Assembly (NCBI GenBank): GCA_946965045.2
Contig: OX337236.1
Span: 372,001-436,000 of the forward strand
Length of the DNA stretch: 64,000 nt
Source of the DNA: Epithemia pelagica
Lineage: Eukaryota > Protista > Bacillariophyta
Reading direction: 5' to 3'
The notes beneath the pieces are model-generated. The model was not told where the DNA came from. It searched no databases and saw only the letters and a list, made by a program, of their open reading frames with translations. How positions within the stretch are numbered: position 1 is the first letter of the stretch; the number at the start of each line of letters is the position of its first letter. The position numbers were made by a program, and so were the translations under genes. Positions 1 through 10,424 of this stretch are shown here, in pieces.

Positions 1-2430
1 TTGTCGGCGTACAAAAGTCACAAGACGCTCGGAGTTCAGAAATCGCCTCACGCTACCAACAAAGGTTTATATTTCGCTTTGGCTAAACGCAACGACAGTC
101 ACACAAGGACCATGGCTCGCAGTCCCTTCAACAGAACTGATGCGTGGGCATACTACCACGCTATCTACTTGCCCAGTATGTGCTACCCATTTCCTTCCTC
201 AACTATCTCGGATGCATTTTGCACAGCACTTCAACGCCAATTCAAGAAAGCTTTCTTACCCAAATATGGCTTCAACAGAAACATGCCAAACGCTGTGGTT
301 TATGGACCATCTGAACTTGGCGGGATTGGTCTTCGTACTTTATCTGTCGAACGTGGCATAGCTCAAGTCTACCACTTTCTGGCTTGTATCCGCTCCGAAG
401 GAGTTCAACATCAACTTGCATCAATCATGGTTTCTTGGGGTCAATTTCTTGCTGGCACTGGAATTCCTGTTTTAGAAGACGTGCATACAAATCTACCGCA
501 TATGGAGCCAATGCAATGGCTACCTCAGATGCGTTCCTTTCTCGCCACAGTGGATTGCCGGATTGAACTTGAGCAGACATTCGTTCCAGACCTTCAACGG
601 GAACAAGACTCTTTCTTGATGGATTTGGCCCTTGCCTATACCACGTCTCCAACCGACTTGAAATTGATTAACGCTTGTCGTCTCTACCTTGGAGTAACCT
701 TCGTCAGTGACATTTCTAGCCCTGCGGGGTCAATAATCACTCGTGCTGCATATGACGGTCGTCTGGATATTCTCACGCGGCATCGCGGCCTTATCCCATA
801 CCAACAAAGACCTGGTCCAAAATCCTGGACAAAGTGGCGTCATTTCCTCAACAGCCTTCTCAGCTCTACTCAAGATCGACGCTTGAACCGACCACTCGGT
901 AAATGGTACTTTGGTGGATCGTCTACCTTTCGGAATTGGTTGTCTTATCTCGACCGTCCGTCTTCCCGTCTTTTTGTCTCGGCCCCAAACGGTCAATGGT
1001 TAGAGTATCGCTACTATGGCATGGCCTTTTGGCCCACTACAACGTTGCATTCCTCCGTCCCACCTACTGCTTGCCCAGCTCAGACTCTGTCGACTGGTCC
1101 AGCGAAGATTTTGTCCTCAAGCCACTACGTGTTAGCGCGCCCCAGTACACCACCGCCAAGCTCTCTGAGTGAACATATGGCTCAACTGTCTTCTTGGGAA
1201 AGGTCCCTCTGTACACAGTGCACTGCTCTGTGCTCAACTGATGATCTCGCTGCTTTTCTTCAATCGAGTTCGCCACTGTTGGTTAGCAGTGACGGTTCTG
1301 CTGGTTCCTTTGTTGGTACATTTGGCTGCGTTTGCTCCACTGACACCGGACAACGACTATTTCGACTTCATGGTCCCGCGCCTGGTTACAAAACGTCCTC
1401 ATTCCGTGCGGAAAGCTATGCATTCTTAGCCATCCTACGGTATCTGATACAATCGTGCGAGTTTCTAAGCTGTTCTCTACCCATCTCTCTTCAGATGTTC
1501 ACCGATTCTGAAAGTTTGGTCAAGACGATTCAAAAACGGATGGAATGGTTCGTTGAGTTTCCGTATTCTACAATGACGGCAGATTGGGACCTACAACAAG
1601 CAATCTCTCGGTCGCTCCGACAGTTTGCAGAACTCCCTCATATTTGTCATATCAAGGGCCATCAAGATCAAGAACAAGCATACTCAACTTTACCGCTGCC
1701 AGCTCAACTCAATGTCGACGCGGATCATGCAGCATCCGATTATTCTTATCCTTCATGTGTCTCTACGTGCCTCGCACCTATAACAGCGGGATGTCACGCG
1801 TTGCTCCACAGTGCGGATGGATCTATTAACTCAAACTACCGAGCTATTCTACGCAGACTGGCTACCTTTGACACACTCCGCGACTATCATTGCACCAAAT
1901 ATGACTGGTCCGAGGCCGTGTTCGATTCCGTTGATTGGACTGCTCATGGTCGCGCATTGAATTCAAATTTTTCTCGTCGCCACTTTTTGGTAAAATTCCT
2001 CCATGATTGGCTCCCTCTGGGCTACCTGAAATCACGATACGCCGACTATTACGACGATAATTGTCCCCTCTGTTCTCATACTCTCGAGACTCGGTCTCAT
2101 TTTCTTCAGTGTCCCAACCGGGACTGGTTCGAATCTCTTGCAGAAGATCTCCGGTCGAAATGGCATGACCTTGAGTTCGATCCCTTTCTTCGGACTTTGC
2201 TTCTGGAATTTCTCCGTTCGTTTCTCCTCAATACTACCCCTTCTTTTCCTCCTTTACCTCACGCATACCAACGTGCTATTCTCTCACAGCTTACAATCGG
2301 GCAGGAGCAACTGTTTCTTGGTCGTTTCTCTTTACAATGGGCGTATCTCCAAGACGCCTACTTACAACGCGTGTCTCTCTCTTCTCCGTTCTTCTCCGGC
2401 ACTCGTATCATCACTGCTACTATCCACCTT
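1..2430 (+). mobile_element. Non-LTR retrotransposon (LINE) ORF: end of RT, RNase H domain and C-terminal CCHC-like finger; 3' end truncated
   Basis: ORF 1..2577 contains the post-RT motif 'GPSELGGIGL', RNase H motifs (SSDGS...GTFG, SSFRAE, FTDSESL, HIKGHQD, LNVDAD) and CPLC-x8-H-x3-C. From about 2430 the sequence is antisense copia pol. The 5' part lies outside the window. Confidence 0.88.
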
Positions 2431-4104
2431 GTAATCGTCGGCCTCTGGAACTCTCGTGTCTTCTTGCTCATCGTCTTCATATGCCTCGAAGAAAGGAGTA
2501 TCATTTCCTTCTTCTGCGGGATCATCTCCTTCCTCTGGGTCAAGACCTTCGAATCGGTTCCCCAGAGCTTCCTTTAGGTCAGTATCAAACTGTTCACGTT
2601 GTGCAGTAAACGACGGATCATGGGACTTTTCAACTGACAGGGGCCACACGGAAGTGCGATGGACAATCTTCCCTTTACGTGTCAGTATTTTCGAACTCAT
2701 TGCTTGACCAACCGATTTACTTGGTCCTAGCCACCTTCCGAGTTCTCTGTTCTCGAACCCGGGATTGGAATACCAGACCGGGTCATACCATCTGTGTTCA
2801 ACTAGATGGGATATGTCTGGTGTATCACCGGTCAACATCTTTATAGGTGGACCTTCATCAAACGGTTCAGTCGCAGAAGCTGTATGGGATCGTCTCTCAG
2901 CTACCAGTTGCATACAATGATCCCATAATACAGCAGGGGCGTTTGTCCTTCTCATTTCCCTTCTATAAGCCCTCTTCAGTTCGCGGATGTTCGCCTCGGC
3001 TAGATTTTGGTTTGGTGTCCAAGCCTCTATGGGCTTAATACGGCAACCAAACTTTTGGGCAGTCTTCTTGAATTTCCCACTCGTCAATTCTGGAGCATTA
3101 TCTGGGACAACACTATTGAAGATCCCATAGTCGTTAAATACCTTCTCTAGAGCCGTGTGAGCATCCTTCTTGCGTTCCAACGGATAAAATTGAACCCAGC
3201 CAAACTCGGTCGCAAAAATTTGACCACAAGTATTTTGGCTCAAAGATTTTGTATCCGAAAACAGAGTATCTGTGTATACATCTGCCCGAAGCCTTCTATG
3301 CTTAAGCTGGTAAGCCGTATGCTTGAGCCTTTTACTTCCGACGCCTTGGGAAAAATCTCTTACTCCAAGTTGCGTTGTTGCCTTGAAAGTCCTTTCCGCA
3401 ACTGACAAACCGATTCCCCATCTCGAAGCTAATCCAATGGGATCTATTGTCCCCTTTCTCTTATGGCTCGTTTCGGCTACGGTTCTTGAGTTTACTCTCA
3501 CCATCTTGGTCATTATGTTGCTCAACGACCTCGAACCTTTTGTTCTGACCATGTCTTGACGAACGTCCTGTCTGAGCCTTCTCTCATCGACATCTTCTTC
3601 AGTCGAGTCATTCGGGGCCCATTCTGGATTATCGTTGGTCATCTCAATCCTGTTCGCAGGGTCAATATTCGCTATCTCCTCCCAAGACGGTTTCCTTACA
3701 GTGAAGCCACTGATTACTCCTTTCAACTCCAGAGGGATTGTAAGTGTATTTCCATTGTCGTCGTTAATGGGAACAACTAATGAATGTGATTCACTTGTCC
3801 TTTGCTCTTGCTTGATAAACTTGAGGGGCACATCATTGACGATGATACCAGCCTCTCTCATCTGATTTGGATTCAATAGGCTCTTCTCCATCATCGGAAG
3901 ATGGAGCGCTTGGTGAAAGTACAACAGGTAAGTCTCTCCTGTCTCGGGTTCATCATATGCCAACACGCCTGTGATTACGGGAGTTTCCTTTAATTTCCCA
4001 AGCTGCGTTGAAAACCCACTCACTTCTGCCTTGTCTGTCTCATATAAAACGAGGCAATCCTTACCGAGACAACAAGTGTCAGCGTGACTGTCTAACTCGC
4101 ACAT
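2362..4104 (-). CDS. pol: copia Pol fragment (aspartic protease + GAG-pre-integrase + integrase)
   Basis: ELDSHADT protease motif; YTDT...VPDNAPE...NQNLAE integrase core; 'LGRWLG' post-core motif. The frame is open from the gag stop (4158) onward. Confidence 0.88.
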   Translation of the reverse strand: MCELDSHADTCCLGKDCLVLYETDKAEVSGFSTQLGKLKETPVITGVLAYDEPETGETYLLYFHQALHLPMMEKSLLNPNQMREAGIIVNDVPLKFIKQEQRTSESHSLVVPINDDNGNTLTIPLELKGVISGFTVRKPSWEEIANIDPANRIEMTNDNPEWAPNDSTEEDVDERRLRQDVRQDMVRTKGSRSLSNIMTKMVRVNSRTVAETSHKRKGTIDPIGLASRWGIGLSVAERTFKATTQLGVRDFSQGVGSKRLKHTAYQLKHRRLRADVYTDTLFSDTKSLSQNTCGQIFATEFGWVQFYPLERKKDAHTALEKVFNDYGIFNSVVPDNAPELTSGKFKKTAQKFGCRIKPIEAWTPNQNLAEANIRELKRAYRREMRRTNAPAVLWDHCMQLVAERRSHTASATEPFDEGPPIKMLTGDTPDISHLVEHRWYDPVWYSNPGFENRELGRWLGPSKSVGQAMSSKILTRKGKIVHRTSVWPLSVEKSHDPSFTAQREQFDTDLKEALGNRFEGLDPEEGDDPAEEGNDTPFFEAYEDDEQEDTRVPEADDYKVDSSSDDTSAGEERRRERHAL

Positions 4105-4158
4105 AGACGTCCTAACGCTAATGTCCCTGGAGAGTACATCTATCTCGCGGACATCTCG

Positions 4159-5637
4159 TCACACGGTCTCTCTCCTGCCTTTCTTTCTCTGGCTCATTAT
4201 GGCGCCAATACCGAGTTCCTTGTTGTTCTCACTGGAATCACCAGTTGTCTCTGAACTCTCATCGGTAGTCGTCGTCGTGCTTCCATCAACACCTTTTCTC
4301 TTGTTCTTACCGTTCTTAAAATGAACAGCAGCAGCAGACCTTTTCTTCGTACTGCTGTTAACAGCGTCTCTTGCTTCTCGGACCATTTGCTGTTGTTCCT
4401 TTGTGAGTTTTATCCACTTTCTAAAGGGATAATATTTGTTGGGGTCAAAACCGTTTGATTGGTTACTCCCATTCTTCTTGTTTCCACCTTTTCCATTCTT
4501 GTTATGCTGGATAGATGAGATTCGGGCCTTCCTTGTTGAAGCGCTGTACGAGACCTTGCTGTCAAGAATCTCTGCCAAATAATTGGAAGCGACTTCAAAG
4601 TTTGCCCTGAGTGAAGGTGTAGCGAGTATGGTGTTCTTCGCGCTTTCAAGCCTTGGATCAGATACACCCAACAATAAAACTCTAACCTTCCTTTCATTAC
4701 TGACCATCTCGCCAGTTGATTCGAGGTCCGTAAAGGCCCTCTGGAGCGATTCAATGTATCTCTCATATGTGTAGTTTCGTTTTGACCCGTCATAATAGGC
4801 CGATTCCAACACTTGGTCTGCTTTTGCCCTCAGTCTTGTTTGAAAGGCGTCGCCTAAGTAATGACTCTTTAAGGCGATATAAGCACCTCTTCCGTCTCGA
4901 CTGCGGCTAAAGGCTTGAACCCAGCCCCATTTAGGGCCATCATGGGTTATGTGGCGTATGACATCCCAAACTGCCTCTTTGTCAGCCACCGCAGTTGCTC
5001 CAGTTAGTGGCGCACGCCTGATTAGTTCTCTCAAGTACGTTGGTGCTCCGATTCTTGGGTCCAAGTTAACCGGAGGAGGAGTTGGCATCGAGCGGGTATA
5101 CGCTGCCAAAGGGATCATAGTAACTCCTCTTTTCCTCTCAAGGTAGTTGTCTAAATCTTCGAGAACAACTCGTATGTTCTCAACATTTGTGAGTTTCTCG
5201 GGAAGTTCAATCTCATTATCATACTCATCATCCGCTTCTTTAAGACGGTAGAGTCCTTGGATTTGAGCCAATGTTGCCGTTGCCGCACTAAACTCGCGAT
5301 CGACCTTATTGAGATACTGGACGTAGTACCCAAGCATCTTCAAGCGTTTTTCCAAAACATGCCCGACCAATACTCCAGGGTTCGTAATGGTAATTGGGAC
5401 TCCAGGAACTGGATTAGCAGCGTCATAGTCCGGATTAGGAATAGTTCCACCGGGTTTCCTGGCATTAGCGCAAATTTCAGCGATATCGTCTTCCTTTAGA
5501 CCATCAAAATCGCCAATCGAAACAAGGCCTTGTGCATTGAGAGCGTTACGAACTTCTTGTTGACCAATGAGGAGGGTATTCTCAAGGTAGCCATTAAGCT
5601 GAGTGAGCAGTTCTTGAGCGGTTGGAGGAGCGGCCAT
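4159..5637 (-). CDS. gag: copia Gag (diatom type)
   Basis: 492-aa ORF directly upstream of pol, with DGR.AY..L..HY.G and KVR.LL.G motifs shared with the gag at 45628. Confidence 0.8.
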   Translation of the reverse strand: MAAPPTAQELLTQLNGYLENTLLIGQQEVRNALNAQGLVSIGDFDGLKEDDIAEICANARKPGGTIPNPDYDAANPVPGVPITITNPGVLVGHVLEKRLKMLGYYVQYLNKVDREFSAATATLAQIQGLYRLKEADDEYDNEIELPEKLTNVENIRVVLEDLDNYLERKRGVTMIPLAAYTRSMPTPPPVNLDPRIGAPTYLRELIRRAPLTGATAVADKEAVWDVIRHITHDGPKWGWVQAFSRSRDGRGAYIALKSHYLGDAFQTRLRAKADQVLESAYYDGSKRNYTYERYIESLQRAFTDLESTGEMVSNERKVRVLLLGVSDPRLESAKNTILATPSLRANFEVASNYLAEILDSKVSYSASTRKARISSIQHNKNGKGGNKKNGSNQSNGFDPNKYYPFRKWIKLTKEQQQMVREARDAVNSSTKKRSAAAVHFKNGKNKRKGVDGSTTTTTDESSETTGDSSENNKELGIGAIMSQRKKGRRETV

Positions 5638-6060
5638 GGTTTACTTCTTTTATCTACGAGTAGACGGATCAATTGGGACTTTCTTGTACTCGGAAGTGAG
5701 CATTCTCTTTCAGTCACACGGTCCGGTTCTTCACTCATTTTGGGCGATTCAAAAGGTAGAAAGCGTGCACAGCTGCATCGTCGGCTCATGTTTCATTTAT
5801 GAAATAATCATGACCGCATAGCAGGCTTTGTCTTGTCAACGGCCAAGACCGGCGCGTCCGCCATTGCCCCAGATGTGCGCACTCGCAGACCACATCTGTT
5901 AGCTAGTCCGGTCCAAACCCCGTTGCAGGCCGGATATTCAACGAGACTAGCTGTACGACTTCATTAGTCGACCTTTGGGCGGATCTATATCATCGATCCA
6001 GATATTTCTCGACCTTCCCAGGCCATTGTGCCATAGCTTTTACCATAATCACAGAGTTTC

Positions 6061-6075
6061 TTGGGTCTGATAAAC
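6061..6075 (-). other. Primer-binding site GTTTATCAGACCCAA
   Basis: Identical to 45400..45414, which directly follows the 5' LTR of the intact element. Confidence 0.8.
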
Positions 6076-6186
6076 CAAAATACGCGTAGGGGTGTGACTC
6101 GAAAATATAAAATTGTGACTATCTCATGCCTCAAGCTTAGAGGCCTTACTATCGCTAATTTCGCTCAATAGGCTAGCCATATTTTG
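6076..6186 (-). repeat. Inferred 5' LTR (111 bp) with inverted termini CAAAATA...TATTTTG
   Basis: Abuts the PBS and has a 7-bp terminal inverted repeat. There is no second copy in the window, so the distal boundary is inferred. Confidence 0.55.
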
Positions 6187-6444
6187 TCAATTTCGGTCAT
6201 GCGCTGTCTCGTGTCGTAGTTAGTGTCACAAAAAAGTGACTATTTCTACGTGATTTCTACACAAATGCCCAGTATACGGACGAAGTTTCTCGGCCGCAAG
6301 GCACTGTCTGTACACGTAGTACGTCATTCGCCCGTGTCTCCATCCCAGAGCCATCAAAACGTCAGCAGTCAGCAGTCGATTTCTAACCCACAAAAGGTAA
6401 GATGATGGTGGAGATGGTGTACTGAACCGATAGAGCTCCGGTAG

Positions 6445-7311
6445 ATGAGAACGTGTTCCAAATTCACGTCTCACCCTCGTAAGATCATCTTGATTACAAT
6501 CATCTTGATTCCACTCGCTTCGTCCTTTCTTGCAATATCCGATCGACCCAACCAAAATCAGTTCAACGAAGCATCAGCTCATACTCAGATATACAGCGCC
6601 TACCTTGCAGCAAGGAAAACATCACTCTTGTACTCGGCGGCTGCAACTTCAAACGGCATTTATCCCACCATGAAACCCCGTATTCTTTGCTTGCATGGAA
6701 AAACTCAATCTGGAGCCATCATGTCCAACAAGATTGGAGGAGCCAAAAGAAAGTTGGCAAAGCTTTACGATCTCGACTTTTTGGATGGCCCAATCCTCAA
6801 AGCATCCGAAACCCAGGAAGAAAACCAACCGCAACAGTATGCTTGGTGGATTCGAAATGAAAAAGGCCGGGATATCCTGATGCAGGAATGTTTCGACTTC
6901 GTCTTGGAACAAACAAAGGACAAGAGTTACGATGCTTTTCTGGGTTTCTCTCAAGGTGGTCTTTTGGCTACGGCATTGGTGTCGAGCGGAAGAATGCCTG
7001 GAATTAGGGCTGTTGTCACTGCAGGGGCGCCATTTGTTCAAGACGTCTGGGATTTCTGTATGACACCACCTGATGGGGCAACAGAAGACAAAGTGGTGGA
7101 CATGAAAATGGCCATTGAAACTGGAATGTCCGTGCCCAAGTTGCACTTTGCAGGAGAGACAGATGCCATTATCCCAGTGGATCGGGTGCAAGCTTTATGT
7201 GACGTGGGTGGTAACGGGGAACTAGTTCTGCACGAAAAGGGACACATGTTCCCCACCAAGGCTGTCAGCGTGAACAAGATGATGGAGTTCTTGCAAGAAA
7301 GTCTGACATGA
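6445..7311 (+). CDS. FSH1/OVCA2-family serine hydrolase, possibly with a bipartite plastid presequence
   Basis: ILCLHG, GFSQGG nucleophile elbow, G.TD.I and GH motifs. Catalytic domain starts at Met 6670; the upstream in-frame extension has a hydrophobic stretch ending ASS-F. Confidence 0.85.
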   Translation: MRTCSKFTSHPRKIILITIILIPLASSFLAISDRPNQNQFNEASAHTQIYSAYLAARKTSLLYSAAATSNGIYPTMKPRILCLHGKTQSGAIMSNKIGGAKRKLAKLYDLDFLDGPILKASETQEENQPQQYAWWIRNEKGRDILMQECFDFVLEQTKDKSYDAFLGFSQGGLLATALVSSGRMPGIRAVVTAGAPFVQDVWDFCMTPPDGATEDKVVDMKMAIETGMSVPKLHFAGETDAIIPVDRVQALCDVGGNGELVLHEKGHMFPTKAVSVNKMMEFLQESLT

Positions 7312-8210
7312 AGTTCTTTTTGAATCGCATGGTACCGAGACAATGCATAGTAAAATATGGCTTGTCTTGCAAAGCGCTGGCGCAATCAAGGTATGTCACT
7401 TGAAACTATTCGATCTTTCTCCGTTTCGGACATCAGGAATCCATTGACCACAGTGGCACCAAGAATGAATTTATGTTCTGACAATATTCTGACAATGAAG
7501 ATAATATCAAGTTATTCGGACTAGAGTCTCTGATATCTGGGGTAGTAGCCAGATTTGAGGATAACGCTTGCATTTTTGTCGGATGTCAAACTGTTCATTC
7601 ACCACGTTTGGTGCCAGTACGATTGGTGGAGTGATCATCACCTGATTACAATGGAAAATGATCATGCTATTTACGTTCTCTTTCGGCGCTTTCCTTACTC
7701 ACGTATCATTGTCTTCTCCTTCTTCTGCAGACAGTCGATGTCCACGAAGAGTTCACACACTCCCAGACTTATTCCTGCTGTCAATGAGATTCATGCCTTC
7801 TAACGAAGCCTGGACCTAGTGACCTTTTCCACACCCCTTCCACTTTGGAACAATAGAAGGGTCTTATTGGGCACTTAATTAGCACTTCAGCCTTATTCTA
7901 CTGCAACCTGCAGTATTGATACCTCACTGGGTCTTACTTTCCTTGCTTACAAATCTGAATTTTTGCTTCGAAATAAAGGTTGGTGCAACCACACCAACCA
8001 CAAACTATAGAAGTCCGAATACTACGTTTGAAGCGCATATGCTTGGGCGAAAAGGCCATTACTGCCTCTCCGTAATAGGCTAATGATATGACATGCATCG
8101 GTCAATTCTTCTACTACTTGCCCAATCGTGAAAGTACATGGCTTCATTTTAACCATAGTTTCACTGTTGCTCTTGAACCTCATCGATTCATTCGTCAGAA
8201 GCAACAAAAT

Positions 8211-9269
8211 TCATCGCTTGCCGCCCTTCTTGTTTTTACTACCCGAAGAAGAGTCCTCATCTTTGCTTTTCTTTAGAAACCCAGCATCTTCCAACCCCTG
8301 TCGACCAACGGCTGCAATCCATTTGAATCTTGCCGGACCCAAATGGACTCCACCATACCATCGAGAGACAACGACTATACAATCTTGAGCACCCGTCAAT
8401 TCTAGAAGGGACGCAAGCTTGCTCCCAGACCCCTTTTCACCATCGTCATCGGAATCACTGACCATCCGCCCAGTCGAGGGATCTTGAAATCGGTAAGCAA
8501 TCATATTATGCGTTGCCTGGTTCACTTTCTTTACATGAAACAAGAGGTGATGTAATATCCAATCTATATGTTCCATGCAGGATACTTAAGCCACGTGGGA
8601 TTGCATCGTTTCGGATGGACCGGATTTGGGTGGATGAAAGGGTACTCCGTGGTGGATTTCTCGCTGATATGTAGGATTATCTACAATGGAAAGTTGGAAA
8701 TTCCGTATCGATTGCCCATACTTGGAACTGGGAACAAAGCTGATGGTAGCTGCTGATGACTGCGGTTGATGGCCACCGGCATTCGACGATTCAGCATTAT
8801 TTGCAACATTATTTTCAGAACTTTCCGTTTGATGTTCATCGTAATCAACTGGTTTGCCGATCTTTGAAATCTGATTGGCTTCTTGATATTCCTCAATGAC
8901 AGAACGACAATGTTCTACCCACATGATCGCAACTTCAGTATCTGGTTCAAAGAGCGTCAGCAATTCTTGTTGTAGTTCCGCTTGGCGAATTTCATCCATA
9001 ATCCATTGTGGAGCATTTAGCTTTGGCCTTGGAGGATTAGGACCACCAGGATAATCTCTTGGAATATCTTGAAGTTCTAGAGTTATATTCGGTGGTACAA
9101 TCTGAATGCTCCAGCACCGACAAGACGACCCAGAAGCAGTGTCAGAGATGTCTTGAGCAGTGGCATCGGAAGAAAACGAACCTGAAACCATTTCATCCCC
9201 ATAAAATGCGACTAGAGCGTCCCATTCTTCGTCTCTACGTTCATCGTTCTCATCGTTTACTGATACCAT
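8211..9269 (-). pseudogene. IMPACT: IMPACT/YIH1-family gene (RWD + UPF0029) with an in-frame TAA at 8586..8588
   Basis: RWD start (EEWDALVAFY) and IMPACT motifs (ATHNMIAYR, DSDDDGE, VVVSRWYGGVHLGPARFK). ORFs 8586..9269 and 8211..8576 are in the same frame, separated only by the stop and three codons. Confidence 0.8.
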
Positions 9270-9516
9270 CAGTCACCTTACAGAAACATGCGCCGGAATG
9301 AAAGTAGCAGCGAGAGTGATAGATGAAGTGCGAATGGGCAGTGGGCAGTAAATGGATGGGAAGATGGAAAACATTACCTCTGTACCTCTGTTGCTTTTTA
9401 TCGGTCTGGCTGGTCGATGTTTTTTTGAAGTACCAGTACCGTACACTACAACTGTAAGGAATTCTGCGAGTGACCATACTAACCAGTAAGATACAGTATC
9501 GTAATATCAAGAGGTG

Positions 9517-10280
9517 GTATTAATACTTCCCGGTGTCGAGTCCTTTCAAGGAGGGACCGCCCGGCGCGGAGGGTAGAATGACGAGGAGGGCAATGGTCGA
9601 GGAGGGCGCACGCCCGACAAGACAATTGCCCGTCGAGTCATTCTCCCGACAAGCCGGGCGCGCCCGACGCGAGAGGACGGCCAGACACAGGGAAGTAGTA
9701 AACTTACTCCCTATCAAGCTGTGTAGGTAGTGAGAAATTCCTGGAAGCCATGTCACAAAGTGTCACACAAGTGTCACACAAGTGTCACACACGAGAGGGA
9801 AACCGCGCGACTCGCACGAAACTACTTCCCGGTCGTACAAAAAATTCCTACTGTAGTATAAAAATGTGAGACGAACTACCTACACAGTCTGGTATGGAGT
9901 TAGTATTAATACTTCCCGGTGTCGAGTCCTTTCAAGGAGGGACCGCCCGGCGCGGAGGGTAGAATGACGAGGAGGGCAATGGTCGAGGAGGGCGCACGCC
10001 CGACAAGACAATTGCCCGTCGAGTCATTCTCCCGACAAGCCGGGCGCGCCCGACGCGAGAGGACGGCCAGACACAGGGAAGTAGTAAACTTACTCCCTAT
10101 CAAGCTGTGTAGGTAGTGAGAAATTCCTGGAAGCCATGTCACAAAGTGTCACACAAGTGTCACACACGAGAGGGAAACCGCGCGACTCGCACGAAACTAC
10201 TTCCCGGTCGTACAAAAAATTCCTACTGTAGTATAAAAATGTGAGACGAACTACCTACACAGTCTGGTATGGAGTTAGTA
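9517..10280. repeat. Head-to-tail tandem duplication (386-bp + 375-bp units)
   Basis: Units 9517..9902 and 9903..10277 appear identical except for one extra 11-bp GTGTCACACAA copy in unit 1. GTA microhomology occurs at the junctions. Confidence 0.95.
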
Positions 10281-10424
10281 CACTACACGTGTAATAAAGT
10301 GTGATTGGTTCATTCGCAACAAAAAATCACGCCGGGGTTTTTTAAAAAAACTGACTATGCGGCACGTTCGATGACACAGGCTGATGGTTAAGCAACGATC
10401 AATTGCACAAACTTCGTATCGAGT

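Larger units (their letters stand above)
2430..6186 (-). mobile_element. Truncated Ty1/copia (CoDi-type) LTR retrotransposon: 5' LTR, PBS, gag, protease, integrase; RT, RNase H and 3' LTR missing
   Basis: gag 4159..5637 and pol with ELDSHADTCC and a DDE integrase, in copia order. pol homology stops at ...PEADDY. The left boundary is approximate. Confidence 0.88.

Noticed and set aside
9517-10280. Penelope pseudo-LTR or retrozyme (hammerhead) interpretation of the tandem unit; also its short ORFs
   Set aside because: No CUGANGA core found on either strand; the 65-78 aa ORFs have no recognisable features.
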